This document shows positions 36,624 to 37,439 of a stretch of 37,439 bases of DNA, piece by piece (within the stretch, counting starts at the first letter, position 1; every line of letters starts with the position of its first letter). This stretch comes from an uncultured Oligoflexus sp. (GTDB lineage Bacteria; Bdellovibrionota_B; Oligoflexia; Oligoflexales; Oligoflexaceae). A program made the translations under genes and the position numbers. The notes under the pieces are model-generated. The model had not been told where the DNA came from, searched no databases, and was given only the letters and a program-made list of their open reading frames with translations. The stretch is from contig CAXSGP010000024.1 in the NCBI GenBank assembly GCA_964236955.1, positions 13,885-51,323 of the forward strand, in the 5' to 3' direction.

Positions 36624-37439
36624 TCAGAGGTCTCCCTCAGCAAGTTGTTTTCTCAACCAATCCAAAAAGGATTTGGAAGCTCTGAGATGCATGAGCGTGC
36701 CATCGTCTTCGAAGGTCTCCTCGAGGACCCGGGATTTTTCATGGATCGGACCGGTAAGATGGCCTTTGGAATAGGGAATCAGAAATTTTTCTTCACCCAT
36801 ATCTCGTTCAAAAAAACTAAGAACCAGATCGCGCACTCGTTTTATGTCATCGGGTCGACGGGTAGAGATCATGATTGCCTGGGGAAATTCCATCCGTAAC
36901 GTGCGAATCTGGACATCACTAAGCTGATCGACTTTGTTTAGAACGATAAACTGATCCTGACTTTCTGCCCCGATTTCACGGAGTACCGTGCGTGTTAGCT
37001 CGAGCTGAGAACGAAAATTGGGATCCGAAGCATCGACGGTAAAGAGAAGGAGAGAGGCATTGAGCGCCTCATCGAGAGTTGAACGAAAGGATGCGACAAG
37101 ATCATGCGGCAGTTTCTTAATAAAACCTACAGTATCGGAAACTAAGACGCGCGGAAAAGATTCGGGGTGCATGGCCCGAACAGTAGTGTCCAGAGTTGCA
37201 AAGAGTTTGTCGGCGATTAGAACATCGCTCCCCGTCAAGGCTCTCATAAGTGAGGATTTGCCGGCGTTGGTATAACCGACAAGAGCCACGCAGGGCGATT
37301 CCCGACGGCTCGAACGACGATTGTTCTGCTCGTTATGAATTGCCTCCAGTTGTTGTTTGAGTTCGGCGATGCGGTCGCGAATCCGCCTTTTATCCAACTC
37401 ATGGGCGCTTTCACCGGCACCTTTGGCTCCAATACCCCC
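36624..37439 (-). CDS. hflX: GTPase HflX (5' part outside the window)
   Basis: 'GGIGAKGAGE..ELDKRRIR', G1 'GYTNAGKS', 'LFATLDTT', 'SDTVGFIKKLPHDLVASFRSTL', 'NKVD'. Confidence 0.97.
   Translation of the reverse strand, partial: GGIGAKGAGESAHELDKRRIRDRIAELKQQLEAIHNEQNNRRSSRRESPCVALVGYTNAGKSSLMRALTGSDVLIADKLFATLDTTVRAMHPESFPRVLVSDTVGFIKKLPHDLVASFRSTLDEALNASLLLFTVDASDPNFRSQLELTRTVLREIGAESQDQFIVLNKVDQLSDVQIRTLRMEFPQAIMISTRRPDDIKRVRDLVLSFFERDMGEEKFLIPYSKGHLTGPIHEKSRVLEETFEDDGTLMHLRASKSFLDWLRKQLAEGDL

Noticed and set aside
1..37439. CRISPR array, IS/transposase, integrase, prophage or defence island
   Set aside because: I saw no regularly spaced direct repeats, terminal inverted repeats or mobile-element proteins. 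Endonuclease I and topoisomerase III sit in ordinary chromosomal context.

Overview
This is a chromosomal core region of a Gram-negative bacterium. Gene content and style suggest Bdellovibrionota/Oligoflexia or another delta-proteobacteria-like lineage; this is an inference. Recognisable genes are tig-clpP-clpX-lon, pdxH, a ZIP-like plus CDF metal-transport pair, a Dus enzyme, topoisomerase III, hpt, endonuclease I, tonB-exbB-exbD and a partial hflX. They are interspersed with orphan signalling genes: a PAS kinase, an Hpt-like protein, a cNMP-binding protein, a Ser/Thr kinase and a NarL-type regulator. I saw no CRISPR, tRNA/rRNA, transposase or phage genes. Four observations stand out. (1) A ~135-nt ORF-less plus-strand unit at ~33078-33214 lies between two minus-strand genes. 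It has a 15/19 Fur box over its promoter and its own plus-strand intrinsic terminator, making it a candidate RyhB/PrrF-like iron-sparing sRNA. (2) A perfect sigma54 promoter with a candidate enhancer palindrome precedes two tiny uncharacterised proteins. (3) A recurring sigma28 (FliA)-like promoter lies in front of several orphan signalling genes. (4) There is an unusually high density of apparent pseudoenzymes with catalytic residues replaced: a Deg protease, a class III cyclase, an Hpt, an M1 peptidase fused to a beta-barrel, a mini-kinase, a PHP hydrolase and an amidase. All family assignments come from motif recognition by eye, not database searches.
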